Shown here: positions 29,203 through 38,132 of the stretch, piece by piece
Position numbering within the stretch: position 1 is the first letter of the stretch
Layout: the number at the start of each line of letters is the position of its first letter
Sequence record: SRR22947725_2243
Direction: 5' to 3' (one strand)
Length of the DNA: 52,192 nt
Translations under genes and position numbers: made by a program
The notes under the pieces: model-generated
Seen by the model: only the letters and a program-made list of their open reading frames with translations
What the model was told of the DNA's origin: nothing
Database searches by the model: none

Positions 29203-32200
29203 TTAGTGAGATTCTCCTTCACTTCCATGATCATCATATGCATCTTCGCCGTGGTGAACAGGATGTGCTTTGTCATGGTATTCACGAGCAGAATGAGGAG
29301 AAGATGCGAAATCAGGCATATTATGATTTGGATTCCGGACTTTAGCCAAAAATGTGGTCCTCGGACGTGTGTTAAGATAACCCAAAACTGAATAGTCACG
29401 CGGATTATTCTTAAGACGACTCACTTCGCTATCCGGATCAGATAAATCTCCAAAACTTATACTATCACTTGGGCAAACTTGTTGGCAAGCTGTTTTGATT
29501 GTACCGTCGGGCACTTTAATATCACTTTCTTTTAACACAATATCTGCTCCATCCTTACCAGTTTCTAATAAAGCTTTTCTTTGTGCCTTTATTTTAACTT
29601 GGATTTTCGACTCTTGTATCCTTTGAACACAATAGGTACATTTTTCCATTACTCCGCGCATACGGACGGTGACATCTGGATTTTTGCCCATATCTGGAAG
29701 TGGGTCATTTTTCTTACCCAAAGGTCCTTTATACAGTTCATCGGTTTGGCGTTTATTCCAATCGAAAAAGTTAAACCTTCTCACCTTGTAAGGACAATTA
29801 TTCGCACAATAGCGGGTACCGACGCATCGGTTGTAAGCCATTGCATTAAGACCTTCTTCATCATGCACAGTTGCATTTACGGGGCATACTGTTTCGCATG
29901 GTGCGGTTTCACAATGCATGCAGGCAACACCTTGGAATGAAACTTGAACATCGGACGGTAATTCTGCCCCATCTCGTGCTGTTGAACTAAAATATCGATC
30001 CAACCTGATCCAATGCATTTCTCGACCTCTCAAAACTTGGTCTTTTCCTACAATTGGAATGTTATTTTCACTCTGGCATGCAACGACGCAGGCACTACAA
30101 CCTGTGCATTGATTTAAATCAATTGCCATACCCCACTGGTGTAAACCGGGGGTTTCAGATTTCTCATAATTATGATCCGGGTGCTCATAAGAAGAATTTC
30201 CCCGTGGAGTAGTTTGAGCTTTAAATTTAAGATCAGCCTCTTGGTCTTTTCCCCAAATTTTAGGTGAATGGGATTCAGCTCCCATGTGAGAAGCAAATGC
30301 TTCGTCGGAAATATACTCCTCTGCGTTCCCCTCTCGTACAATTGCTCTTCCTTCCATGGACCAATGTTCTTGTACATTTGCGAGTGTTTCAAATTCACCA
30401 GTAGGTTGAATAGAAACATTGGATACGATTCGGTCGAAATTATTACCGAGTAGAGGATAGGCATTATATCCAGTCCCGTTGCCTACTCGACCAACTTCTG
30501 TCCTACCAAGTCCAAGACTTGCAATAATACTACAATCAGCTAACCCGGGCTGAACATAGAGAGGACCTTCAATGGTTTGATCTTCACTTAATGAAAGTGT
30601 AACAATAGGTGCTTTTTGCTTACCATGATCAAAGTTAGCCGCATCCGGTGCAATTTCACCATTCTTGTTTAGCATTGTAGGTTCTGGAAGAAGACCTAAG
30701 GACGGATATTTTTCTTCAAGGGTCTTGGCTAATGCTGGGCTTATTAAAAGAGCATTATCCCAAGTCAATTTGGAGATAGGGTCAGGACATTCCTGCATCC
30801 AACCATTGTTTGTGTAACGACCGTCCCATGCATGAAAATCTGGGATCAGTAAGACTTCTAAACTATCTAAAGTGGGCGGTTTTGGTATCTGTTCTTTATA
30901 TTTACTTAATTCTGAAAGCGGAATTTCCTTCGAATAGTAAGTTGGCATTTGTTTTTCAACACCCAGTCTTAAGAAATCTTCATAAGAATCAGTAGAAGAG
31001 CGTTTTTCTTGGAGAGATTTTACAAAGTCATGGGTATTTTGAGAAGAACCTAACAACAATTGGAGTAACTCTAAATCTGCCATCGTTTCAAAAAGGGGAG
31101 CAAGCAAGGGTTGGACAGGAACAATTCCGGTTCCATCCCATGTCTCTCCTTCATCCCAAGATTCTAAATAATGGGACTGACCAATATGATAATCGCAAAT
31201 AGAAGTAGTTTCATTTACCGAATCACCGAGGTGGATTTTATTTGAAATCTTATCTGATAAATTTTCCCAGTCCAATGAGCTTGCATTGTGAACAGGGTTA
31301 CCACCTAAAAATATAAGTGTTTTTACATTATCTTTACCAATTTCTTCCTGTAGGGACAACAAGTTTGAGGCTGGTTTATCAGTAACCTGATATTGCACCG
31401 TTCGCCCGATACAACCTAGTGCTTGGTTGATAGCATAGCAAAGTAAATGAACTTCTGCGGGTAAATGACTGCCGGGTAAAATAACACTTGATTTGTGCTT
31501 GGAACATAGATCAACCGCACACTCCCTGATCCATTTTGCATGGGTTTTTAATACATTACCTCTTTCTTGAAGCCGTGTGACCTCGGCTTTAGATCCACTT
31601 TTTCTGATTGTGAAAATTTCTGCGGCAAGCAAGTTAGCAAATGCAATAAACTGAGAAGATTCGAGGCGTAACCTGTGATCTGCCACTCCACCCGTAATCG
31701 TCAGGTCAGACTCCACGCTGTAAAGACGATTCATCTTTTGGGCGTCCTTGGCAGAGAGAACTTTCCTCCCTTTCATTAACGCACGGGTATTCGCAAGTGA
31801 AAATGGTTCTCGGTTTCCTAGGAAATCACAATCCAATGATAACACACGAGATGCCTTACCCAAATTGGGAATCAACCGCAGGCCGCCATCTGTTCCAATT
31901 GCATTACCTAATTTGTTTTCGGGGGAAGTGAGATCAATTGCTTCATGTTCCGTCCAAATAACACCCTTTTCAATTAACAACTCAGAAAGAACTTTTCTTG
32001 CAGTTGAACTTGATTTTTCAGCAAGGATCGCAACCTTACCTTCTTTCATCAGGTTAACCAAATCTTCTTTGACTTGATCCGAAGAAATGACATCCCAAGA
32101 GTCTTCATTTTCTTTAGATCGTTTAAGAGAAGTCTTGCTTCTGTCGGGATCGTAGAGATCTAAGACGCTAGCTTGTGCGTAAATAGAAGTACCACCACCG

Positions 32201-32586
32201 TTGGGGATGTAACTAGGGTTTCCTTCGATTTTAGTTGGACGACCTTCGTGACTTTCAACAATTAACGGTGTGTGACCTTGTGCACTAGGCATTGAGGTTG
32301 CGTAGTAATTGGGTACGCCGGGGATAAGTTCCTCAGGACTTTTACCATAAGGCAATATAGTATGTTCTGGTCTTCTACAACCTGTCATGCCCAATCCTGC
32401 AAGACCGAACGAAGCGGCCATTAATTTCATGAATCCTCGTCTTTGGACGCCTTCGAGCATGCTAGCTCCTTCCGGGAATTCTCTTTCTACCCAATTTTTA
32501 AAACTTGGCTTGCAAGCTAGATCATCGAGACTTTTCCAGTAACGCTTTCCGTTCTCTAAGGTTTCTTCGGTCACTTGTTTAATCAT
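29203..32586 (-). CDS. actB: Alternative complex III subunit B (molybdopterin-oxidoreductase-like domain + Fe-S domain)
   Basis: YWKSL, EREFPEGA, Tat motif RRGFMKLM...GC, EGRPTKIEGN, Fe-S motifs CTGCSACVVAC, CMHC..APC..VC, CVGTRYCANNC, CTYC...CQQVC; start placed at ATG 32586 (ATGA overlap with actA). Confidence 0.95.
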   Translation of the reverse strand: MIKQVTEETLENGKRYWKSLDDLACKPSFKNWVEREFPEGASMLEGVQRRGFMKLMAASFGLAGLGMTGCRRPEHTILPYGKSPEELIPGVPNYYATSMPSAQGHTPLIVESHEGRPTKIEGNPSYIPNGGGTSIYAQASVLDLYDPDRSKTSLKRSKENEDSWDVISSDQVKEDLVNLMKEGKVAILAEKSSSTARKVLSELLIEKGVIWTEHEAIDLTSPENKLGNAIGTDGGLRLIPNLGKASRVLSLDCDFLGNREPFSLANTRALMKGRKVLSAKDAQKMNRLYSVESDLTITGGVADHRLRLESSQFIAFANLLAAEIFTIRKSGSKAEVTRLQERGNVLKTHAKWIRECAVDLCSKHKSSVILPGSHLPAEVHLLCYAINQALGCIGRTVQYQVTDKPASNLLSLQEEIGKDNVKTLIFLGGNPVHNASSLDWENLSDKISNKIHLGDSVNETTSICDYHIGQSHYLESWDEGETWDGTGIVPVQPLLAPLFETMADLELLQLLLGSSQNTHDFVKSLQEKRSSTDSYEDFLRLGVEKQMPTYYSKEIPLSELSKYKEQIPKPPTLDSLEVLLIPDFHAWDGRYTNNGWMQECPDPISKLTWDNALLISPALAKTLEEKYPSLGLLPEPTMLNKNGEIAPDAANFDHGKQKAPIVTLSLSEDQTIEGPLYVQPGLADCSIIASLGLGRTEVGRVGNGTGYNAYPLLGNNFDRIVSNVSIQPTGEFETLANVQEHWSMEGRAIVREGNAEEYISDEAFASHMGAESHSPKIWGKDQEADLKFKAQTTPRGNSSYEHPDHNYEKSETPGLHQWGMAIDLNQCTGCSACVVACQSENNIPIVGKDQVLRGREMHWIRLDRYFSSTARDGAELPSDVQVSFQGVACMHCETAPCETVCPVNATVHDEEGLNAMAYNRCVGTRYCANNCPYKVRRFNFFDWNKRQTDELYKGPLGKKNDPLPDMGKNPDVTVRMRGVMEKCTYCVQRIQESKIQVKIKAQRKALLETGKDGADIVLKESDIKVPDGTIKTACQQVCPSDSISFGDLSDPDSEVSRLKNNPRDYSVLGYLNTRPRTTFLAKVRNPNHNMPDFASSPHSAREYHDKAHPVHHGEDAYDDHGSEGESH

Positions 32587-33323
32587 CGGTGGCATCCAGT
32601 ACAGCTTAGGGGAGGATTAACACCCCATTTATTTTTGATATCCAGTCCAGCGTGAAATTGCGTAATGTGAGAATCTTCTTCCTCTTTCGATGCAATAGAC
32701 CAAGCTAAGTTAGTGACTTCATTCATCGGGCGAAGTGATTTCTCAGGGTTTCGATGGCATTCTAAACAAAATGCCATGCTGAGAGGTTTGTCGTGATGGA
32801 CAACTTCCATCTGGTCAATTCTGCCATGACATTCCACGCAACTCACTCCGCGGTTCACATGTATCGCATGATTGAAATAAACATAATCTGGAGCCTTGTG
32901 TATTCGAACCCATGGTACAGAGGGTCCCTCGTTTAAAATTCCATCATCATTCAAGTCTTCCCCTTCGGACAGCTTGCCGTCCTTATTTTCATCCTCTCCG
33001 AAATAAGAATCACGAATTGGAGCGAGTAAAGGGGAATCCGCTTTAATGTTCTTATGGCAGGACATACAGACATTAGCAGATGGGATGTTGGCATGTGACG
33101 ATTTATCAACGCCGTGATGGCAATAACGACAATCGAGACCCAATTGACCAGCATGAAAACTGTGGTCGTAAGAAACCGGTTGAGTAGGTTGATACCCAAC
33201 TCTTGTATATTTTGGTGTTGCATAGTAAGTGATGCCTGCGGTTACTGTGCCTCCAATAATACCCAAAGATAAGATAACTTTAACTGGTATCGTATTTACC
33301 CATCTAGGAAAAAGATTTCTCAT
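32583..33323 (-). CDS. actA: Alternative complex III subunit A (pentaheme cytochrome c)
   Basis: Five CxxCH motifs (CRYCH, CMSCH, CVECH, CLECH, CTGCH), GYQP.QP..Y.H..HAG, PDYVYFNH, N-terminal TM. Confidence 0.94.
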   Translation of the reverse strand: MRNLFPRWVNTIPVKVILSLGIIGGTVTAGITYYATPKYTRVGYQPTQPVSYDHSFHAGQLGLDCRYCHHGVDKSSHANIPSANVCMSCHKNIKADSPLLAPIRDSYFGEDENKDGKLSEGEDLNDDGILNEGPSVPWVRIHKAPDYVYFNHAIHVNRGVSCVECHGRIDQMEVVHHDKPLSMAFCLECHRNPEKSLRPMNEVTNLAWSIASKEEEDSHITQFHAGLDIKNKWGVNPPLSCTGCHR

Positions 33324-33579
33324 GTCAGATAGCGTAAGCCTCGCAATAAAATCCGAGAGGTTTTAAACCATTCTGGGCGAGAGAAATGGTGGGGAGATAA
33401 CAAATAAATGAAGCGGGCTTAAACACTCCAAATAAACTACAAATATGAACTGTGCCTTACAATACCAAACATTTTAGCTGCAAACTATTAACTAGGCTTA
33501 ATTTCGGGTATTAGATCTGCTTAACGAATTCGACTCTTGCATTCTCGTAAACAAATGACGAAATGCTGTATTACAAATT

Positions 33580-35796
33580 TTGAAAACATTATCGCAAAGA
33601 AGTGATTTAGTAGTAATAGGTTCCGGTTTAGCAGGGATTTGTGCTGCGGTGAGTGCGTCCAGGGAGGGTGCTACTGTTTGCTTGATCGAGTCAAGGTCTT
33701 GTATTGGTGGAAGAATAGGAAAAGAAATTCAATTTCCGTATGATTTTGAAGGCACGACCAATTATGCTTACCAACGGGAGACAGGAATTTTAGATGAAAT
33801 TAAAACGACTATTTACCAGGAAAACCAAGAAGGTAATTATTGTGGTCAGGAAAGAGCATTGATTAGTTGGATTAGGAAACAGGAAAGAGTCGAGTTATTT
33901 TTAGAAACCCAACTTTTCGAGGTGAAAAAAAATTCGGCAGGGGATAAAATTGAATCAATTATTGCCATATCTAGCCAGCGTGGAGACCGTATCATTTTTC
34001 GTGCGCCCTACTTCATAGACTGTTCCGGAAACGGTACTTTATCTCAATTGGCAAATGCTCCAGGAGAAACAGGGTTAGATAAAAGGGAATACGAGAAATC
34101 TTCTGCCTCATCTACTCCGGTTACATTTCGAGCTGCTGCCAGTATGCAGTTAACAGTCTCTGCAAAACCGATTCCCTTTAAGTTGCCCTCCTGGGTTTCT
34201 TTAAAATGGGAGGAAAACCATCAGTCTGCGAAACTTGATTTACTCGAATCTTTAGATAAACAAATCCAGGGAGTCCATAATGTGGAATGGTTAGGCAAAG
34301 CAAAAAACGAACTCTCTGTTAATTCTGCTGATTTAATCTGGTCTGCATGGGATTATTTAAAAAATCGCTCTCCCATGGCTGAGCGAGCTCAAAATTGGTT
34401 CTTGGAAGATTTTTCTCCGCTCACCCTAAGTTCTCAAGGTTTTAGAGCAACCGGAGATTATATCATTACGCCTGAGGACATGGAGTCGGGGAAGCATTTT
34501 TATGATTCAGTTGCTTTAGGTCGTGCTCCACTTGATGTAGCTGATTCTCTTTTATGCTCGCCTCGAGGTAAGATCGCCCTCCCCCAACCTTTTGAAATTC
34601 CATTACGTGCTCTTTATTCCAGTAAGGTCAAAAACTTGTTTTTCGCGGGAGAGCATTCTTCTGCAACAAGTCGCGCATCAGCAAGTTTTTCACATCCACC
34701 TACTTCAGCACAGATGGGAGAGGCTGTGGGAGTATGTGCTGCATTTTGTATTTCTAAAAATAGACTTCCTCGAACGGTTGCCAAAGTTGGTAACGTTCAT
34801 GCACTACAAAAAAGATTAATGCGGGTTAATCATAACTGTAGTCTTTTGCCCATAGAAGATTCAGATAACTTGATTCCCGAATCCAAGGTCATCGCTTCCA
34901 CAACCTTGGGCAGTTTTGTAGGAAAGAGTACCGCAGAGAAGCTCGATTCTTGCCCGCTCGAGGGATTGATTCAATTTCCCGTTTCATCGAGTTCGATTGA
35001 TGAAATTTATTTGTATTTAGAAAGCAGTGAAGACTGTACTGTAGAATTCCGTCTCCTTGAATGCTCCTCCAGTTTAAGTACTACGCCAGGAAGTTGTTTG
35101 GTTTCCAGTTCGCAAAAAATAAAAAAAGGCGGGGCACGATGGGAGAAAATTGCATTGGAGTCTCCTGTTGCAAAAAAAGGGTGGCATTTCATCGAATTCA
35201 CCAACAATCAAAAAGTTATTTTTTACGAACAATCAAACACCGCGGTGGGGCTACTTTTTCATCGGTCTATTAAAGAAAGTAAATCGGGTTTTCTAAATCC
35301 ATACTCTCGCTATTTGCCGAGTCTGCCTCACTCCCCTCACCTCTCCAGTTCGCTTGCATTAGAAGTTTTTCCTCAGCAGCATGTTTACGATGTGGGAAAT
35401 GTGATAAATGACAAAATACGCCCAGACCATTTACCCAATTTATGGATCTCTGAAGAAACTGACTTTCGCTTTCCTGAGTATCTCGAATTTCATTGGGAAG
35501 AACCTCTGGATGTCTCCTCAGTCGAGATTATCTGGGATGCTACTCTTGAATTTTTATTTCCCTCTCGACCCCAATCTTTTGCACATCCCATTGTACCCTC
35601 GATTGTGAAAGAATATAAACTATATTACATGAATGATGTTGGTCATTGGGAAGAACTTTTGGAAGTCACTAATAATGAATTCGGATTTTCTCGCCACTCT
35701 TTTGAAACTGTAAAAACCCGTGCGATTGAAATTGAAATAATCCAGACTCACGGTTTAAATCGAGCACAAGTATATCAAGTCCGTGCCTACTCATGA
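33580..35796 (+). CDS. FAD-dependent oxidoreductase-family protein with C-terminal beta-sandwich (discoidin-like) region
   Basis: DLVVIGSGLAG..AA..A.R.G dinucleotide fold, FIDCSGNG, IPLRALYS..VKNLFFAG. Confidence 0.75.
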   Translation: MKTLSQRSDLVVIGSGLAGICAAVSASREGATVCLIESRSCIGGRIGKEIQFPYDFEGTTNYAYQRETGILDEIKTTIYQENQEGNYCGQERALISWIRKQERVELFLETQLFEVKKNSAGDKIESIIAISSQRGDRIIFRAPYFIDCSGNGTLSQLANAPGETGLDKREYEKSSASSTPVTFRAAASMQLTVSAKPIPFKLPSWVSLKWEENHQSAKLDLLESLDKQIQGVHNVEWLGKAKNELSVNSADLIWSAWDYLKNRSPMAERAQNWFLEDFSPLTLSSQGFRATGDYIITPEDMESGKHFYDSVALGRAPLDVADSLLCSPRGKIALPQPFEIPLRALYSSKVKNLFFAGEHSSATSRASASFSHPPTSAQMGEAVGVCAAFCISKNRLPRTVAKVGNVHALQKRLMRVNHNCSLLPIEDSDNLIPESKVIASTTLGSFVGKSTAEKLDSCPLEGLIQFPVSSSSIDEIYLYLESSEDCTVEFRLLECSSSLSTTPGSCLVSSSQKIKKGGARWEKIALESPVAKKGWHFIEFTNNQKVIFYEQSNTAVGLLFHRSIKESKSGFLNPYSRYLPSLPHSPHLSSSLALEVFPQQHVYDVGNVINDKIRPDHLPNLWISEETDFRFPEYLEFHWEEPLDVSSVEIIWDATLEFLFPSRPQSFAHPIVPSIVKEYKLYYMNDVGHWEELLEVTNNEFGFSRHSFETVKTRAIEIEIIQTHGLNRAQVYQVRAYS

Positions 35797-35857
35797 AATT
35801 AATCAGTTTGCATTCCTTTGATTTGCCTTACATGTTTGAAAACATAACTAACCAATT

Positions 35858-37219
35858 TTGCCCATGAATGCCCTTGCCGTACTCTTTCGCTTATTAAGTC
35901 TGCTTTCAGTTGCTGGTCTCGCCGCATACCTTTGGATATTGTCCGAGACCAAAAAAACGCAAAATAATGTTTTCCTAGATAAACAAGTAAGAAATGGCTA
36001 CTCAATCTTACAGTCTGCAAAAGAGGCACAATGGAAAGATATTTCGACAAAACGAAGTGCTTTTAATGAAGTTTTTGACGATAACCAACCTGTTGGTTTG
36101 AATGACGAAAACCCGCTGGCTGATGCACTTTCTAATTTGCGAACTGCAGAAGATGGAATTTTGAGAAACCCAGATTATCGTGATGCCTTGGATGAACACT
36201 CAAAAGAATTTGGAGCGGGTACTTTTATTTGGGACTCGGAAGCAAAGAAATGGAAGGTAAACCCTTCGGTTAAAGCGGATTCAATTGCTAGTTTAAAAGA
36301 TCCTTTCTCCGATGAAAAACTTTTCCCCAAAGAAGATGTGCAAAAAGAAGATGGTTCCATTATTCCGGGTGTGTCTCGAGAAAATCGTCTTCGAACCTTG
36401 CTTGGAATGTTTTACAAAGACAGGCACGAAAAATTTTCTGAAATCGGAAAAATGAGAGCCAAGATCGTTGAGCGAGATGAAGCACTTCGTGAATCGCAAA
36501 ACCTCTTTGATAAGATGAAAGAACAAAAGGAAGAGTGGGAAAGAAAATCTGGAGAGTTTGAAGTTAAACTGGGCCAAGTCGAGGCGGATTTAACTGCTGA
36601 GAAAGCAGACAGGAAGTCAGAAAAGGAGGCTGCTGACCAACAGATTGGAGTACTTAACAATAACATTGCAGGGTTAGAACAGCAGAAATTGGACAACGAA
36701 AAAGCACATATTGCTCAAATTGATGCTATGAAGGTTGAGCAAGGGGAGAAAATTAAAGCCCTTGGTAAAGAAATTACACTTGCGGATGCCTCAGGCTACA
36801 AAAGAGGAATTGATGAAATGATGGCAAAGCAGACTGGAGGAGAAAGTGTGGACGGGGATTCAGAATTATCGAGCAATCCATTTACTGCAGAATCGGACGG
36901 CCCCCCCGTTTTACAGAATGGTGCGGTTGAAGGCATCACTGAGATGAAAGAAATTAGTGATTTTGGGGTGACATCTACAATTGCCAGGATTGACAGCCGT
37001 TCAGGGATGCTCATGTTACCGATTGGTACCGATCGTGGAATGGCAGCAGGTGAAATCTTTACTCTATGGAAAGGGAAACAAGAAGCCGCTCGAATAAAAG
37101 TACAAAGTAGCCAAAAAGGATTTGCACTTGCTTACATTCTACCTCGTTTTGGAGAACCTAATCGATTGCGTCCTGGTGATATTATCCAAATTGTTCCCAC
37201 TAAAAAGAAAACTCTTTAA
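35858..37219 (+). CDS. Membrane-anchored coiled-coil hypothetical protein
   Basis: N-terminal TM, long E/K/Q-rich heptad region, C-terminal IG...G...G..F...A.I.V...A.ILP...PGD beta domain; start may be ATG 35864. Confidence 0.7.
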   Translation: MPMNALAVLFRLLSLLSVAGLAAYLWILSETKKTQNNVFLDKQVRNGYSILQSAKEAQWKDISTKRSAFNEVFDDNQPVGLNDENPLADALSNLRTAEDGILRNPDYRDALDEHSKEFGAGTFIWDSEAKKWKVNPSVKADSIASLKDPFSDEKLFPKEDVQKEDGSIIPGVSRENRLRTLLGMFYKDRHEKFSEIGKMRAKIVERDEALRESQNLFDKMKEQKEEWERKSGEFEVKLGQVEADLTAEKADRKSEKEAADQQIGVLNNNIAGLEQQKLDNEKAHIAQIDAMKVEQGEKIKALGKEITLADASGYKRGIDEMMAKQTGGESVDGDSELSSNPFTAESDGPPVLQNGAVEGITEMKEISDFGVTSTIARIDSRSGMLMLPIGTDRGMAAGEIFTLWKGKQEAARIKVQSSQKGFALAYILPRFGEPNRLRPGDIIQIVPTKKKTL

Positions 37220-37228
37220 TTTATCGTA

Positions 37229-37390
37229 ATGAAAAAAATCATCTCAATTATTTCAGTTATTGGAATTAGTCTCTTTTTATCAGGTTGCTTTACCGCTTCC
37301 CCTGACGATTCCAAAATGCCTCAAGGTCGTCCCGCAAGTTGGGAGTATAGTTTACCGGGTGGTTTTGACCGTGGTGGTTTCAACCGGTAA
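37229..37390 (+). CDS. Small lipoprotein (53 aa; not in the ORF track)
   Basis: MKKIISIISVIGISLFLSGCFTASPDDSKMPQGRPASWEYSLPGGFDRGGFNR*: basic N-terminus, hydrophobic core, LSGC lipobox; fills the gap between co-directional genes. Confidence 0.8.
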   Translation: MKKIISIISVIGISLFLSGCFTASPDDSKMPQGRPASWEYSLPGGFDRGGFNR

Positions 37391-37414
37391 GTCAAGAATC
37401 TCGATCTCAGTTCC

Positions 37415-38116
37415 ATGAAAGTGAGCGATGCTCACGGTAGGTTGTGGTTAGTGGCAACTCCCATTGGTAATCTAAAAGATTTTTCCCCACGTGGTGCTGA
37501 AGTGTTAGCACAAGTTGATCAAATCGCTTGTGAGGATACTCGTATTACAAAAAGGCTGCTTAACTTTTTAGATTTAAACAAACCTCTTGTCTCCTACCGC
37601 GAGGAGAATGAAAAAGTTAAATCGCTTGAACTTGTTGAATTAATTGAATCCGGTCAATCGATAGCGCTTGTTTCTGATGCCGGTTATCCCGGTATTAGTG
37701 ATCCTGGATTCCGGCTGGTGCGAGAATGCAGAAGGCGGAAAATTGAAGTTTGCCCTATACCGGGAGCCAATGCGGCAATCACTACTTTGGCCGCCTCTGG
37801 CTTGCCTACGCATCAATTTCTTTATCTTGGTTTTTTACCCAAAAAATCGGCCGCCGCCCAAAGGGTTTTTGAGCAATGGAAGGAATTTGAAGGCTCTATC
37901 GTTATTTATGAGTCAAAGTATCGAATTGAGAAGACTTTACTGGGGATTCAAGAAACCTTAGGTCCAGAACGATTTATTTGCATATCGAGAGAACTTACAA
38001 AAATTCATGAAACCTTTTATGTAGGAACTGTGGTGGAGGTTTTGGAAAGAATGAAAACGAGCAGTTCCAAAGGAGAGTTTACACTGGTTATCGGCCCGGA
38101 CGGATACAGCTTGTAA
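37415..38116 (+). CDS. rsmI: 16S rRNA C1402 2'-O-methyltransferase
   Basis: LVATPIGNL.D, ACEDTR, LVSDAG.PGISDPG, GFLP, YES..R, RELTKIHE, KGEF. Confidence 0.96.
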   Translation: MKVSDAHGRLWLVATPIGNLKDFSPRGAEVLAQVDQIACEDTRITKRLLNFLDLNKPLVSYREENEKVKSLELVELIESGQSIALVSDAGYPGISDPGFRLVRECRRRKIEVCPIPGANAAITTLAASGLPTHQFLYLGFLPKKSAAAQRVFEQWKEFEGSIVIYESKYRIEKTLLGIQETLGPERFICISRELTKIHETFYVGTVVEVLERMKTSSSKGEFTLVIGPDGYSL

Positions 38117-38132
38117 TCAAAATATTACTCGG

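Noticed and set aside
29203-32586. ActB as an active molybdopterin oxidoreductase
   Set aside because: Established: the ActB molybdopterin-like domain binds no cofactor; the context is clearly ACIII
33339-33390. Two weak hairpins in the actA leader; searched for an FNR box
   Set aside because: Stems are short and bulged, match no RNA family I recognise, and no TTGAT-N4-ATCAA site was seen
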